64,000 nucleotides of DNA from Negaprion brevirostris. Taxonomy: Eukaryota. Both the position numbers and the translations under genes were made by a program. Numbering within the stretch: the stretch's first letter is position 1; the number at the start of each line of letters is the position of its first letter. Of the stretch, positions 13,021-26,580 are shown one piece after another. Under the pieces are notes generated by a model. The model was not told where the DNA came from. It saw only the letters and a program-made list of their open reading frames with translations, and ran no database searches. The stretch is taken from the NCBI GenBank assembly GCA_030324005.1, contig JARDVH010000140.1:21937561-22001560 (forward strand). The letters are read 5' to 3'.

Positions 13021-14292
13021 CTGNNNNNNNNNNNNNNNNNNNNNNNNNNNNNNNNNNNNNNNNNNNNNNNNNNNNNNNNNNNNNNNNNNNNNNNNNNNNN
13101 NNNNNNNNNNNNNNNNNNNNNNNNNNNNNNNNNNNNNNNNNNNNNNNNNNNNNNNNNNNNNNNNNNNNNNNNNNNNNNNNNNNNNNNNNNNNNNNNNNNN
13201 NNNNNNNNNNNNNNNNNNNNNNNNNNNNNNNNNNNNNNNNNNNNNNNNNNNNNNNNNNNNNNNNNNNNNNNNNNNNNNNNNNNNNNNNNNNNNNNNNNNN
13301 NNNNNNNNNNNNNNNNNNNNNNNNNNNNNNNNNNNNNNNNNNNNNNNNNNNNNNNNNNNNNNNNNNNNNNNNNNNNNNNNNNNGGTGTTTAACTACCTTT
13401 ACAATTTGGAATGATATACAGCAGCTAAAATATATAAGCAAAGATTAAACAGGCTAGTAATATGGAACTCTGAAAGCAGGTATTCATTCAAACTCACACA
13501 AAAGGAGACAGGATTGCTCAACATTCTCATCAGAAAAGGAAGAGAGAAACAAAAAGCTTAGCTAGCTGAAGAGAGGGCCCAGAGAATCCTGAAGGTTGTC
13601 AGCCCAATGCCTTCCTCTGCAGCAAATGTCAAAGAGACTGCCATGCCAAAGTGAGGCCCAAGTCACACTAGGTGAGGCTTAATAGAGAGGACAGTTATGG
13701 CACTAACCATCATTTTTTGAGATAAAAGGCTGTCACTGATCGCATATTACAATGTCACTATTTGGATCCCTTAAATTTTTTACTCTGCAATAAAATCCCA
13801 AGTAGGAGATTGCTAAAGGGAAAATTCACTTGTACACTTTATATCAAGAACACTCGTCACCTCAGAAATACCCAAGCTATTTCTACTGTGAGAGGGAAGT
13901 CATCTTATACAAATTTGCCCCACTTGCTTCTAGTATTGCATTTTAGACTTCCATTGCATTATAGTCTCATTAATATCCAAGAACACAAAGGATACTAATT
14001 CTAGTGCAAATTAATTTTCACTCACAGGAGCTTTCCTGTTCTAGTTTTGATCCCAAAATGGCAAGTAATGATAAGTACTAGCATTAAAATCCTTAAGGCA
14101 GATGATTAAAACTAAAACTTTGAAAATTCTTTAAAAATACTCTTTTCTGTATGCCCCCATGACACTGAAAATCTTACCTACAGCAACATACCTTATTAAA
14201 GGCTTTGTGCTAGCGCTTCAAGAAAATTACTTCATCTTCCATACAGGAGAAGATAGGAATGGAAAACTTTGTCAATACGATGATACACTAAC

Positions 14293-14447
14293 CTTCCTCT
14301 TCATCCTCTCCGCCCTGCTGGCTCTTCTTGTATTTCTTTTTCCTTGGCTTCGATGCATTTTGCATTTTCGGAATATCACGACCATAATACAGCAGGAAAT
14401 GATTATAGACATCTCGCAACTCATCAGTCGACTGTACATCCTTCAGT
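14293..14447 (-). CDS. SUPT6H: SUPT6H coding exon 11 ([51 protein letters not shown])
   Basis: AG/GT boundaries, 155 nt, phase 2 to 1. Confidence 0.96.
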
Positions 14448-14619
14448 CTACACAAATGAAAAGGGGGAAATCTCCATAAGACAAAGAAGCACTGAAGCAG
14501 ATTTTACATAAACGAATACAGAAAATGTAAAATTGTTTTCAAATTTTCTACATAGAAAGAAGATAAAAATCCCAAGTGAAGTAACATCAAAAAAGGTAAA
14601 GAGCATTGGCCTTTACCTT

Positions 14620-15050
14620 ACATTGGGCAAAACATGAGGGAATGAAGCTTCAATTGTAGACAGTTTTAGTTAAGACCGCACCAGGGGTACTGTGCTCAGT
14701 TCTTTAGACTTGCATTGTATTATGGTGTCATTAGCATCCAAGAATAGAAAGGATCCTCAAGAGAAACGCGTTGACTTTGGCAGGGGTTCTGTGCACCTTC
14801 AATTGAAAGGCAGCAGGTCTTAAAAGAGCGGAATTACGAGGACAAGTTGTATAAATTCAGCTTTGCTTGAGAAAAGAGTGAGTTTAAAAAGAAATCAAAG
14901 CATTTGATGAAAGAAGAAAAAACCTCTCGTTTGGTGAAGGAAATTTAGAGCAAGGGAACATAACCTTAAAGTTTGAGGTATGCCATTCAAAAGTGAAATC
15001 AAGAAACACTTCAGTAAAAGGCAGTAGAAATCTGAACACTCCTTCCTGAA
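14620..15050 (+). mobile_element. Degenerate CR1 3' fragment
   Basis: ttagttaagaccgcacc..tactgtgctcagt..gggaacataaccttaaa, CR1 ORF2 C-terminal pattern. Confidence 0.5.
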
Positions 15051-15341
15051 AACTGCAAATGGCCAAACATCCATGTTCTTTTGGGGCAAGTGTGTTCTAT
15101 GTAATGCACTGTATGTCAAACTATGGGTTACAACTTGTGTCTTATCATTCTCTGACATCAGAGTAATTTTCACTAAATTAGTCTCCAGCCATTCCATTCT
15201 ATTATTTCAAAACATGCTGTTTTACAAATCTAACAGTCCAACATATAATGATTAAATTAAGAAACAGATGAAGGCTCTTTAGGCTTTGCAGAAAAAATAG
15301 TTTTGAAATCTAATTTCCCATATGACACATCAGAAAATTAC

Positions 15342-15484
15342 CTTTCAATGTCTGCTGTATCAAGTGCTCTAACTCCATCTGCCAAGGGTTTATCAGGATC
15401 AGCAGAAATTTGTTCATACTGGTATGCCTGCATTTTCTGGAACAGTCGGGTAAGGTTTTCTTTTCGAGTCCTCAGCTGTGTCCA
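15342..15484 (-). CDS. SUPT6H: SUPT6H coding exon 10 ([47 protein letters not shown])
   Basis: AG/GT boundaries, 143 nt, phase 0 to 2. Confidence 0.97.
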
Positions 15485-16048
15485 CTGTAATAGGCCATTG
15501 CAAAACATAATTCAAACAGTGCTCCAGGAATATCTGTCATTAAAAAAAATTCCACTGGGCTTAATAAGTGTGCACTTGTCTGTGTGTGTGGGTGGGGGAT
15601 GCACACAAGAGGGTGGTGGGGGGCAGGGCAGGCTAGTGCACGGGCGACGAGAGCAAGGAAAGAACTATATGGCCAGATTAACTAAAGAAAAATGCACCAT
15701 GAATCTTTCAATTCAACAACATTTTGACAATATCTCACCACCAAACTTGCGAATTTCAGAACTAAGTTCCTTCAAATTACAATATGAACACTTCCTTGTG
15801 GTAGGACCATAAACAGTGGACAGGGATAGTTTTGAACAGGCTAACACCCATAACTTCTGTTTCTTAACAATCTGTTCATTATTGCATAGGTGTAGACTTT
15901 ATTGTAGTTTGCACTCTTAGAAAATACCAGTAGTGCCCTCTGGTGTTGTAAAAATCATTATCAATAATTTTAATTTTCAAAAAGACACAATCTATCCTAA
16001 CCAAAACTAGTTTTAAAAAAAACTTGCATTCTAATCATTTCCACATTA

Positions 16049-16105
16049 TTCACAGTGACTTTACTGCAGTGTTAATGTAAGCCTACTTGTGACACTAATA
16101 AACTT
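16049..16105 (+). mobile_element. V-SINE tail type B fragment
   Basis: ttcacagtgactttactgcagtgttaatgtaagcctacttgtgacactaataaa. Confidence 0.7.
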
Positions 16106-17683
16106 CAAAACTATTCATAAAATATTGAGGCTTTAAACGAATATAAGGCAGATTTCTAGGTGACACTGTCTTTGTCATTAGTTCATCTATCCTATCAAAA
16201 TGCTTTGTTGAAATGGCGGCGCGGGCTCGTTGGGCCAAAGGGCCTGTTTCCCGTGCTGGGTTGTTCTTTGTTATTGTAGATCCTTTGCACGTTCAGATAA
16301 AGTGAGTTCAATTTTACTACTCTCCCTGACTGGATCTTACTCTCTGATGCATTGTTACTGTTAAACTCTTTCTTTTCCTTTCTGTCCCGTTCAACTTGTT
16401 TTTATTCACATCTATAAGTACTTCAATATCTTTGGATTTCTAAATCCCCCATCACCTGAACCCTCCTTGGCTACTCTGACCATATTTGCTGGTGCACTGT
16501 TATATTAGTGCACACTGTCACACTGTGGTTACTATAACTGTATCACTATCCTGTCTGCCTGCCCTATTGCCTTGTCTGTTCTCTTTAACTTTCCAAATAT
16601 CTCCTCACAAACCCTCCCCCGGCTCCCACTATTTAATGCAAAGCCCTCCCCACAGCCGTATTTACGTCATTTGTGATGGTGAAGATTGCCCCAAACGTAC
16701 AGCTCGTCTTTCCTGACTGGTGCCAGTGCCCCATAAATCAAAGTTTATTTCTCCCACACCAATCTTCAAGCCACATATTCAACTCTCTGATCCTATTTAT
16801 CCAATGTCAATTTGCTAGTAGCTCAGGTAATAACCAGAGATTATTTCTTCTGCGGTTTTACTTCGTATATCTAATACGAGAAAGCACAAATCTAAGGAAA
16901 GGCTTGAAAAATTTGCAGCTTTATAGTTAGAACAGATCCCAGGGAACACAATGTAGATATTTAAAATTATGGAGGGTTGGGACTGGGTACACAGAAATAG
17001 AGTGTTGCCAGTAGTTGAGGGGTCTAGAGGAGAGGCCAAAGATACAAAATGAAATCTGAGAGATGCAATTTAGAAAGCAAGAGAAACTACTTTAGATTGA
17101 GGTAAACTTAAAATTGCAGAATGCACTTCCAGGGTTGGTGGCTGAGGCATAAGACAAGTCAACAATCAAACTTAAATCTGAAGGAAAAGGTTTACAGGAA
17201 GAGAGTGCAGAAATGGTATCAAGGCTATTTACTTAAGTGGTCCATTTCCATATTTTAACTCGTACGCGTGCCAATCTATTATAGCCTTCATTGCCCTATG
17301 TATGCCTTCCTTCATTATTGAAGGAAAAACCCATTTGTTTGAGTTTGAGAACTAGTGTACCAGTTAACGGGGAAGCGGGTGGTACGGAACTTTCAACGAT
17401 CCTAAGTGTTTCTTTGATAACAGCCGATATATATATACACATACACTTAGCAATCTTCCATATTTGGTTTAGTCAGGCCAGGTAACCTGAACCCAAAAAT
17501 TATTCACTATTGGGAACATGGATTGCTCTTCACATTGAATGACATTCCTTCAAATGAAAGTGTATAGGTGCATCTTGTTGTAGTTTTCAACTAGTATGTA
17601 ACCACCCATTAGAAAATATTTTCCTTTTAATGAAAATTGTTTTCTAAAATGTAACTTCTATGAAAGAAACTCATTTTGTTTCA

Positions 17684-17791
<108 letters not shown>

Positions 17792-18676
17792 CTAGTGAAG
17801 GAAACACATGTGAATAACTTAAATAAAATGTCCACATTAAGAACAACTTCTTTCATATGCTGTTTGAAGAAACAGCTTGAACAAGATATTAACTTTGAAT
17901 AGTGAGCAACATTGAGAAAACAGAAGAGTTGTTGGTGCTTTATGTGATCTAACTAGATCCAGTGATAAATAGTTAATATTTATTAAATAGTTAATAAATA
18001 GACTGCCACAGATGTTCATGTTTCATTGAAGAAAGTTGAAATGAGGGTGATATGAGGGAGACCAAGACAGTAATGATCTTAATGAGGTTAAGGGCATCAA
18101 AAGTGGAAGAGAATGTGTGATTGAACAGATCAGTGACTGCAGAAATGTCATGACGAATGAAGGGCCAAAGTCTAAAAAGCTGCCAATGTGAAAACAGAGC
18201 TCCTTTGTTGCTATTGAAGCACAGATGCTCATTGCTCTGTAACTCTTCTATAGTGACTTCAGCTCAGTATTCACAGGATGCCATAAACATAATGCCAGAA
18301 GTTCCTGTTACCGTAGCAGCAATGTCAGTTTAATTAAGCTAGCAGACTTGAAGCTGATCATCATAGGTAAAGTTTTGAAAACATGTTCTCCAAGTGAGAT
18401 TTTGCTTGCTTGAAATTCGCACTAAGTGTGGAAGTCAGGAATTCCCACTCTTAAATGACAGTGGCCCACTGTATTATGTCTCAGCTCCTGACATGTTCTC
18501 TGAATGGGTAAACTGTTGCCGGTGAGCTCAAATTTACAAACTTTGCTTCTACTCCCAATATGTTCTTGACTCTTAGCAATTCTTTTGTTCTGTAATTACT
18601 TGTAAAATGTAACCATGAAACATTTATTGTATTTAGCTTAGACAATGCCATTACAAATAGCAGCAAATAAATCTAC

Positions 18677-18793
18677 CTCAAAGTGCTGGTTTCTCATAAA
18701 ATTCAGTGCTTCTTTTATCTTCTGGATGGTAGTGGGACCTTTTCGGCTGAAGTTGCTGACTCCTTGACCACGTTCCAAGTACTCTGAACTCTC
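18677..18793 (-). CDS. SUPT6H: SUPT6H coding exon 8 ([39 protein letters not shown])
   Basis: AG/GT boundaries, 117 nt, phase 0 to 0. Confidence 0.97.
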
Positions 18794-19088
18794 CTATAAT
18801 AGTAAATAGATGTTTGGCAACAAGACCTCCCAAAACAAATGATGTTCATTTGACAAAACTTTATTTGTTTCACTTCTGCTGATTGTTACAAAAGCAACAC
18901 TTTATAGAATTTGTTTTTAAGGTTGATCTGAGAAATATGCAAACTACAACGACATAGAGTAATTCTTTATTAACCAATATGTCAAAGGAACACTTCTGAA
19001 TCATAATTACCCTCATGATTTCTTCAATGAAAATGAGTAGCTGAATTCTGTACAACAGCAAATTGATTTGCAAAGGGGGTCTTCATTA

Positions 19089-19470
19089 GGGCTGCACAGT
19101 GGTTAGTACTGCTGCCTCACAGCGCCAGGAACCCGGATTCAATTCTGACCTTGGGTCACTGTCTATGCAGTGTCTGCACATTTTCCCGTGTCTGAGTGGG
19201 TTTCCTCTCCGTCCAAAAATGTATGGGTTAGGCTGATTGGCCATGCTAAACTGACCCTAGTATCAGGGGGATTAGGAGGCTAAATATGTGGGGTTACGGG
19301 AATCAGGCCTGGGTGGGATTGTGGTAGTGCAGACTCGATGGAACAAATGACCTCCTTCTGCAATGTAGAGATTCCACTATTAGGGTGGCGTGGTGACACA
19401 GTGATTGGCATTGTTGTCTCACAGCACCAGGGATCTGGGTTTGATTTCAGCCTCTTGCGACAGACTGTGT
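19089..19470 (+). mobile_element. HE1-like V-SINE with CR1-type tail (19089-19380) followed by a second tRNA-derived SINE head
   Basis: tRNA-like head cacagtggttagtactgctgcctcacagcgccagg..gattcaattc, V-domain, tail gcagactcgatgg..cctccttctgcaatgtagagattc. Confidence 0.8.
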
Positions 19471-19831
19471 CCCCTATTTCAGCCCAGGGTGAGTTCTTTC
19501 CATTTTGGAATTCCTCTGGACATTGTGAGTAGGCGTTGTACTGTGTAGAAATCTGAAGAAAAGGGTCTCTACCTTGCTATCACTGGGAATCTTTTTGTTT
19601 GTTCCATTGAAATGCTAGTATTAGGCTTGTATTTAATTCCATTGTGTTTTGAGCTGAGGAAGACTGTCATGCAATCGGCCAAAGCCTATGTGATCCAAGC
19701 AAAAATCCGAGCAATGATGTACGAATACCAAATGAAGTAAATTTCCCGCACTTCATATTAACTACCACAAACTGTTACATGATATTTTTAAAAACATAGA
19801 AGGCAATGCCATTTGGTAAATAAACTCTAAC

Positions 19832-19933
19832 CTGTAAAGAAATAGTGGGCGTTGAGAAACCATTTCTGTAAATCCACTCAGCCTCTTCCTCTAGCTCATC
19901 ATCTTCAGCAGGTTTGACTGGAATGCCACGAAG
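19832..19933 (-). CDS. SUPT6H: SUPT6H coding exon 7 ([34 protein letters not shown])
   Basis: AG/GT boundaries, 102 nt, phase 0 to 0. Confidence 0.97.
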
Positions 19934-20534
19934 CTATTGAAAGAATTTAATCAAGCTGATTTGACCATTACTCTATTTGATTGCATTAACATGTTCTAGA
20001 CATTCCACTAAATATCAGGGCTCAATGCAGAGTTATCATGAAATATATCCTAGGGGTTTAAATTTCTTCTCAAGTGTGGAAAGGATACAATTATTATCCA
20101 TTACCCACAAGCTGATGTGATGATGCCAGGCAGGGAACAGAAAGGGAAGGTACTAAATTCAAATCAGAATGAGATGATCTGGAGGAAAAACTGGAGTCTC
20201 CCATTGTTGCTCTGGTTTTCCATTGCAGTACAGGTTAACGGATGCGTGGGGATTGTTATTGACGTAAGTTTGAAGAGCTAAGCTGCTAGATCAAAAGATA
20301 TGCAAGTTANNNNNNNNNNATGCACAGGATTGTGTATGGGATGCTGTTTTAGAGAGTCAATGTAGACTAGATGGACCAAATGGCCTTTTTCTTCACTGTA
20401 AGGATACTTTGTCCCATTTAAGAGTTGTACTTTTACTCCGCTGGTGCAAGCCCAATTGGGCAATCTTCTGGATTCAGCCAGTTGTGAAGCTGATAAGCCA
20501 CTCTTGGTGGTAGGCACAGAAGATCCCAAAGGTA

Positions 20535-20975
20535 TACTGGGACATTTTTCTCTGGAGCACAGAAGGCTCAAGGGTGATCTTATAGATGTCTATTAAATAA
20601 TGAGGGGCACAGATCAGCTAGATAATTAATATCTTTTCCCAAAGATAGGGGAGTTTAAAACTAGAGAGCATAGGTTTAGGGTGAGAGGGGAGATACACAA
20701 AAGGTCCAGGGAGCGAGAGGGGAGATACACAAAAGGTCCAGGGAGCACAATTTTTTCACATATAGAGGGTGGAACATGCTACCAGAGGTAGTAGTAGAGG
20801 CAGGGACAAATTTATATTCTAAAAAGCACTTAGACAATTACATGGGGTAAGATGGGTACAGAGGTACATGGGCCAAATGCAGGCAATTGGGACTAGCTTA
20901 AGGGTTTTAAAGAAAGGCGGCATGGACAAACTGGGCCGGAGGCCTGTTTCCATGCTGTAAACCTCTATGACTCTA
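20535..20975 (+). mobile_element. CR1 (HER1-like) LINE 3' end with internal 33-bp tandem duplication (about 20683-20746)
   Basis: tttctctggagcacagaaggctcaagggtgatcttatag..ggcctgtttccatgctgtaaacctctatgactcta tail; gagagggg(g)agatacacaaaaggtccagggagc twice. Confidence 0.8.
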
Positions 20976-21499
20976 CCCCATCTCATTTCTTTGTGTCCTT
21001 GCTTACCCAAAAGCAGTGCAATAAGTTACCTTGAATATGGAGGACTCTGATTAATCAGTTGAGTGGGATGTTAAATGATTCTTGACCTGAAGCTACAAGC
21101 CAAGGTCAGTGAGTTCCCCCAGGCCCAAGGATACTTCTAATCAAAGTTATTCCACTGTGCCCAGAATCTTTGGTGAATCTATTCTAGTGGTGGGAATGGA
21201 CATGTCCAATAACCAGGGATGTACACTGATAGATATAATACTGAATATAAATATGTTAGGTGATGGTTAAGTTCTCTCTTCAGATATCTTTCTCAACTTG
21301 AGTACCTATGCCCAGATATTAGTGATGGAAACGTAGTAAGATTGATTAAGATTGTCGTAAGCAACTGGATGGGTCTATTGGCAGTTATTGAATTAAGCAG
21401 AAATAATTATGTATTAAGAGAGTCACGTTCTGATGGTAGAGGATTTCTATCAGACTCATAGCCTGAAGAGTTAAGGACCTGAAATTGTCTCCTCTTACT

Positions 21500-22255
21500 G
21501 TACTCACAGCATCTTAGCAAGAAAGATCTAGGATTTTGACCCAGAGGAAGTGGAGGAATAGTGACATGGTTCCAAGTCAGGATGGTGTGTGACTTGCAGG
21601 GGAACTTGCAGGTGGTGTTTACATGCACCTGCTGCCTTGCCCTTCTTGGTGGCAAAGGTTGCAGGTTTGGAAGGTGCTGTTGAAGAAGCCTAGGTGAGTT
21701 GCAGCAGTGCATCATATAGATTATAAATACTGCTGCCACCATCCATCAGTGGTTGAGGGAAAGAAATTTGAAGGTAGTGGATGGGGGTGTCAATCAAGTG
21801 GGTTGTTTTGTCCAGGATTGTGTCGAGTTTCCAAAGTATTGTTGGAGCAGCATTCATCTAAGCATGTGGAGAAAGTTCCATCATACTCTTAATTTGTGCC
21901 TTTGTAAATGGTAGACAGGCTTTGGGGACTGAGGAGCTGAGTTAGTCGCTGCAGAATTCCCAATCCCTCATCAACTTTTGTAGCCATAATATTTATGGGG
22001 CTGGTCCGATTTAGTTTCTGGTCAATGGTAGCCCCAGAAGGTTGTACAGTGGCGCATTCAACCATGGTGAAGCTACTGCACGTCAGGGGGAAATAGTTTG
22101 ATTCTTTGTTAGGGATGGTTATTGCCTGGCACTCGTGTGTCATGAATCAGCCCAAGCCTGAATGTTGTCCATGTCTTGCTGCAAATGAAAACAGACTGCT
22201 TCGGTGTCCAAAGAGTCAAGCGTGGTACTAAATATTGCGCAATATCAGTGAACAG
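21500..22255 (-). mobile_element. LINE-A fragment
   Basis: Minus-strand relic peptides MHCCNSPRLLQQHLPN and GATIDQKLNRTSPINIMATK..LGILQR..LSPQSLSTIYK. Confidence 0.75.
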
Positions 22256-22273
22256 TTACATTACATTATTCTA

Positions 22274-22531
22274 TGGAATTTGCACATTCTCCTCGTATCT
22301 GCATGGGTTTCCTCCGAGTGCTCCAGTTTCCTCTCACAGTCCAAAGATGTGAGGGTTAAGTTGATTAGCCAAGCTAAAATTGCCCCTTAGTGTCCTGAGA
22401 TGCGTAGGTTAGAGGGATTAGCAGGTAAAATATCTAGGGATGGGGGTAGGGCCTGGAAGGGATTGTGGTCGGTGCAGATTCAATGGGTTGAAGAGCCTCT
22501 TTCTGCACTGTAGGGTTCTATCATTCTATGA
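22274..22531 (+). mobile_element. HE1-like V-SINE, CR1-type tail, 5'-truncated
   Basis: tttgcacattctcctcgtatctgcatgggtttcctccgagtgctccagtttcctctcacagtccaaagatgtg V-domain; tail ctgcactgtagggttctatcattctatg. Confidence 0.8.
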
Positions 22532-23287
22532 CATTAGTAAATGGAACCATAGGTAGGGAGAATAGTTACCTGATAGGTTAATTTTAATTGCTATCCATAG
22601 AATGAAAATAATCAATAATCAAAATTGATAAATCCACAACATAAAGTATTACTTGTGAATTTTTCAGGTTGCTGAATTAGAAAAATGGCAGTTATTTATT
22701 TTAAGAAAATACAAGGTAATTCGGTAGAACAAGAATACACAACCCAATAAATGATTAATGACTTCAAGGGATTGACATTTTGTGTTATACATGGTTTAGG
22801 GTTGCCACAAAACAGATTTGCACCATTCAGTACTGTAACAATGTTGGTAAATCAAATAAACATATTCAATGGTGAAACCGGGCACACCAGGTTTGCAGTG
22901 TAGTAGTGTTCTAAACTAATATTTTGTAAAAATCTAAAATAATAAGGCCCAGTTTTAAATATCTGAATCCTGTTTCTCTTTATAACTCACTCCACTGCCC
23001 ACCCCCCATCAAATCAAATGAATCTGAACTACTATCATCCAAGGTAGTATCCAAAGTGGGCAGGATGTAAAATTCAATTGAAAGGTAGTGTTAACCCGTG
23101 TGCTCACAATGATAATGTGAAGCACAGATACATTATACTATAGGGTTCATCATTTTCAGAAGAAATCAAACAAAATAACTAATTTTTGAAGCTTAATATG
23201 TTCTTCTTTTCCTGGACCTTTTACAAAATCTCCAAATAAGAAAGGTTAAAGCACATTGTTCCTTTACTTCAAAACGCTGCAACTAAC

Positions 23288-23564
23288 CTGGAATCTTTCC
23301 GGCATATCTGTAATTCTAATCTCATTGTCCTGGTCTGTGAGGTGACTGCTCTCCAGCTCACTGGGTTCATAGATCTCGAAGATACTGCGGCGGCTGACAC
23401 GCTTTTTGGTGGTTTTCTTTGGGCGAACCCTTGTTTCACCTTCTCCCAATTCTTCATCTTCAAACTCATATTCATCCTCCAGTTCCTCATCGTACTCATT
23501 GTATTTTTCAAACTCATCGTAATCAAAATCTACACCGAAGATCTCCTGAGCTTCCTGAAGAGCA
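23288..23564 (-). CDS. SUPT6H: SUPT6H coding exon 6 ([21 protein letters not shown]...[19 protein letters not shown])
   Basis: AG/GT boundaries, 277 nt, phase 2 to 0. Confidence 0.97.
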
Positions 23565-24038
23565 CTGCAATAAAAATTAAAACATGTTCTACATAGATTG
23601 AACTGCATAGGATAAAACAACACCAGCGCTCTTAGTTTTGGAACACGAGTAAAACTACGTGAAATGCCATGCAATGAGGCTTAAAGTTGACCTGGGGAGA
23701 GATTACATACCAACAGCAGCTAATGTTCTTATGTATACTAATTATTAGCAGATTATGTTGAATTTAATTTGATACTGCAGCAGATGCAATAAAGCTTTCT
23801 GTCGTTTTTGAATAAAAGTATGCATTTCTCATGACGTGTTCTAAGAACTGTGTGCAGCAGAGCTATAAGAAAGGTTATATTACAGTAACTTTTTTTGTAA
23901 ATGCTGATGTTTAAACATTCTCAACAAGAAATAAAAACTTATAGCTATTTTGTTCTTTGAGCTGTTACTAGATGCTGTCTTTACAATACTGAATGTGGGA
24001 TGGTTTGTAGTTCATTATCTGTATTAGACATTACTTAC

Positions 24039-24123
24039 GCATCTGTGTACCCTGGGAATTTTCTCTTCCATTTTGGTTTTTTGATTGGCTGTCCATCATC
24101 ATCAACAATGAAGTCATCAATAT
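24039..24123 (-). CDS. SUPT6H: SUPT6H coding exon 5 ([27 protein letters not shown])
   Basis: aatacag acceptor, gtaagt donor, 85 nt, phase 1 to 2. Confidence 0.97.
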
Positions 24124-25255
24124 CTGTATTAAATGCAAAACCAGTTTAAGAGTATTAAAATTTCTGTTCCTCAATTGTTGTATCACAGATTTTGTTAATG
24201 AGGATTACATTCTGGTACACTTCAAATGTGGATCCAGCTTTCTGCTAGTTACAGCACAACAACTATGCTTCATGCCTATGTGAAGATTGCAAATGCCATG
24301 CAATGAAACTTAAAGAGGAGTCAGAAAGATGACATGATAACAGCACCTAATTAGTGATTAGGGGCCAACTACAATAGCAAACTTTGTTGGCACATACAGA
24401 AGTGGTAGGAAAAGTTGGCGTGAAGATGTTGCAGTAGTAAACTGCTACAAAGAAAATGCAGTCATTTCCTTTTCTGTTTGGTTTGGGAAATGCAATTTCA
24501 GTACACAGAAATTACAGCACAAATAAGCAATTTAACATCAACTAGTCAACATCAGTCTTTGTGCTCCACATGAGCTTCCTCCCACTTTACTTCATTTAGT
24601 CCAATCAATATATTCTTCTATTTCTTTACACCACTTTCCTTTAAATGCATCTACGCTAAACCTTTTATGACTCAGGCAAGGAGACAAAACATTGTGTGAC
24701 TTCAAGAAGAAATTAGGTATAGCTCTTGGGGTTAAAGGGATCAAAGGATATTGGGGTGGGGGGAAGAGAGATCAAAATATTGACCTTAATAATCAGCCAT
24801 GATTAAAATGAATGGTGGAGCCAAACGAAGAGCTGAATGGCCGCTCCTGCTTTTATTTTCTATGTTAAATTAATCCAAAACGCCATACGAATTCAACGTC
24901 TAAAGTAGTACAGCATATAAAGCATGGATGGTCATAATTTTTGAATTTGCACAAGTTTTGTGCTGCCATCGAGATTTAGATGACAAATCATGAAAAAACA
25001 GGACTCAGGAATTTCATGGTTTTGATGCTGTTTTCTGGATTTTTTTATCCTCATGTGGAATAAACTTTAAAAAAAGTCAACCACGAAGATGTATTGAAGC
25101 ACAAACCATTCATGATTGAGAATGCAATAAGTAAAAATGTCATTTTGCTTTAAGATTAACACAAGAAATGCTAATCTTCTGTTTATTCCCTTGTGCCAAC
25201 AGGCTTCCATTCTTAATGTCTACACTGTGTCATAACTATAGTAGGTCAAATGTAC

Positions 25256-25448
25256 CTGACTCCTCTTCTTCCTCCTCCTCCTCCTCCTCAGGAGCAACCA
25301 CTGGTGCTTCAACTTGTTCTCCTTCTTCCCCTTCAAATTCTGGAAAAAGCTCATCAGCAATAGCCTCTTTTTCATGTCCTTTCTTGGTAGTTTCTTCTTC
25401 TTCCTCATCTTCATCGTCAGATACTTTTTTCACACGTCTGAATTTTTG
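25256..25448 (-). CDS. SUPT6H: SUPT6H coding exon 4 ([40 protein letters not shown]...EEEES)
   Basis: AG/GT boundaries, 193 nt, phase 0 to 1. Confidence 0.96.
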
Positions 25449-26269
25449 CTATGAAATCAATCATGAGAATTATTAATTAATTTTTGAAACTGAATAACTA
25501 CAGAGCAATTCAATACTTCAGAGTGAACAGGAGCAGGCTGCAAAGCAGTCAGTCAGAAGCTGTTTAAACGTACTCACTGTGAAAGTGTTTGGAAATAACT
25601 CACAACTTGGACTGAAGAAGCCTACTGTCTTGTATATTTGTACATAGCTGTGTTCTACCGAAAATAATTACCATTCAGATTCTGCTTCTGAACCTGTTCC
25701 TTGGGCAGCCACAACAACATTCAACATTCACCATCCTACTTTTTAAAAATCCAACTACTATAAGTAAATTATAAAAGAGAAAAGTCAATACGTTTGGATT
25801 AAATAGCCAACCTGAAGATGCCTAATTCTGCTATAATGATTACTGTAAATATGAAGAATGGTTTGTCATCAACATTTGTTAACATAATTCTCTTTTAAAT
25901 ATTGCACTAGAATTAGGTGCTTCAATGATGTAAACCTTGAGTGGCACCATATTTTTAATTACACTGCAGTCAGCTCCTGGACTATCCTGCTACATCACAC
26001 ATTGAACTTAAGTTGGTCCCCTGGACTGAAGGTACGATAGGGTGAAAAATATTCAAAGCCATATACTGACAAGGTGTTGTGCCTGGCTGCTGACAGGTCA
26101 CAGAATGTCAAAGATCATCGGTTTCAATTTGCGAGATCTATCTTATTCAGCACCGTCATAGTGTCACCCAACACGATTCTCTCTCCTCCCAAGACAGGGA
26201 GGAGGGAGAAAGATGTCCTTGGCATTAAGAGAGGGGCTTTGCCTGTTGCTGAGCTGCAATATTGCTGAG

Positions 26270-26580
26270 TTTCACATCTTTGCAAACTTTGAAATTGTGC
26301 CCTGTTTATCCAAGGTCAGATCAGTCAGCCATATCAAATAGAGCAATGATTTTCATATCAATCACTGGGGAATGTCACACGATACCTTTCCTCTCCTGAT
26401 AATCAACAACCCATTCACCACTACTGTTTGCTTCTGTCCTGCAGCCAATTTTGAATTCACGCTGCCCCATTAATCTCGTGGGCTTTAATTTTGCTAACGC
26501 ATCCATTACATACTTTGTCAAACACTGTTTGGAAGTTCACACACACATCAGCTGCATTGTTCTCATTAACCATTCCATTC
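26270..26580 (-). mobile_element. Degenerate CR1 RT fragment
   Basis: ccactactgtttgcttctgtcctgcagccaatt..actttgtcaaacact..ggaagttc is the reverse complement of the CR1 DF.K.FDKV region. Confidence 0.5.

Noticed and set aside
19089-19160. tRNA gene (also at 37168, 38614, 50030, 57881)
   Set aside because: tRNA-like A/B boxes are SINE heads continuing into a V-domain; no full cloverleaf.
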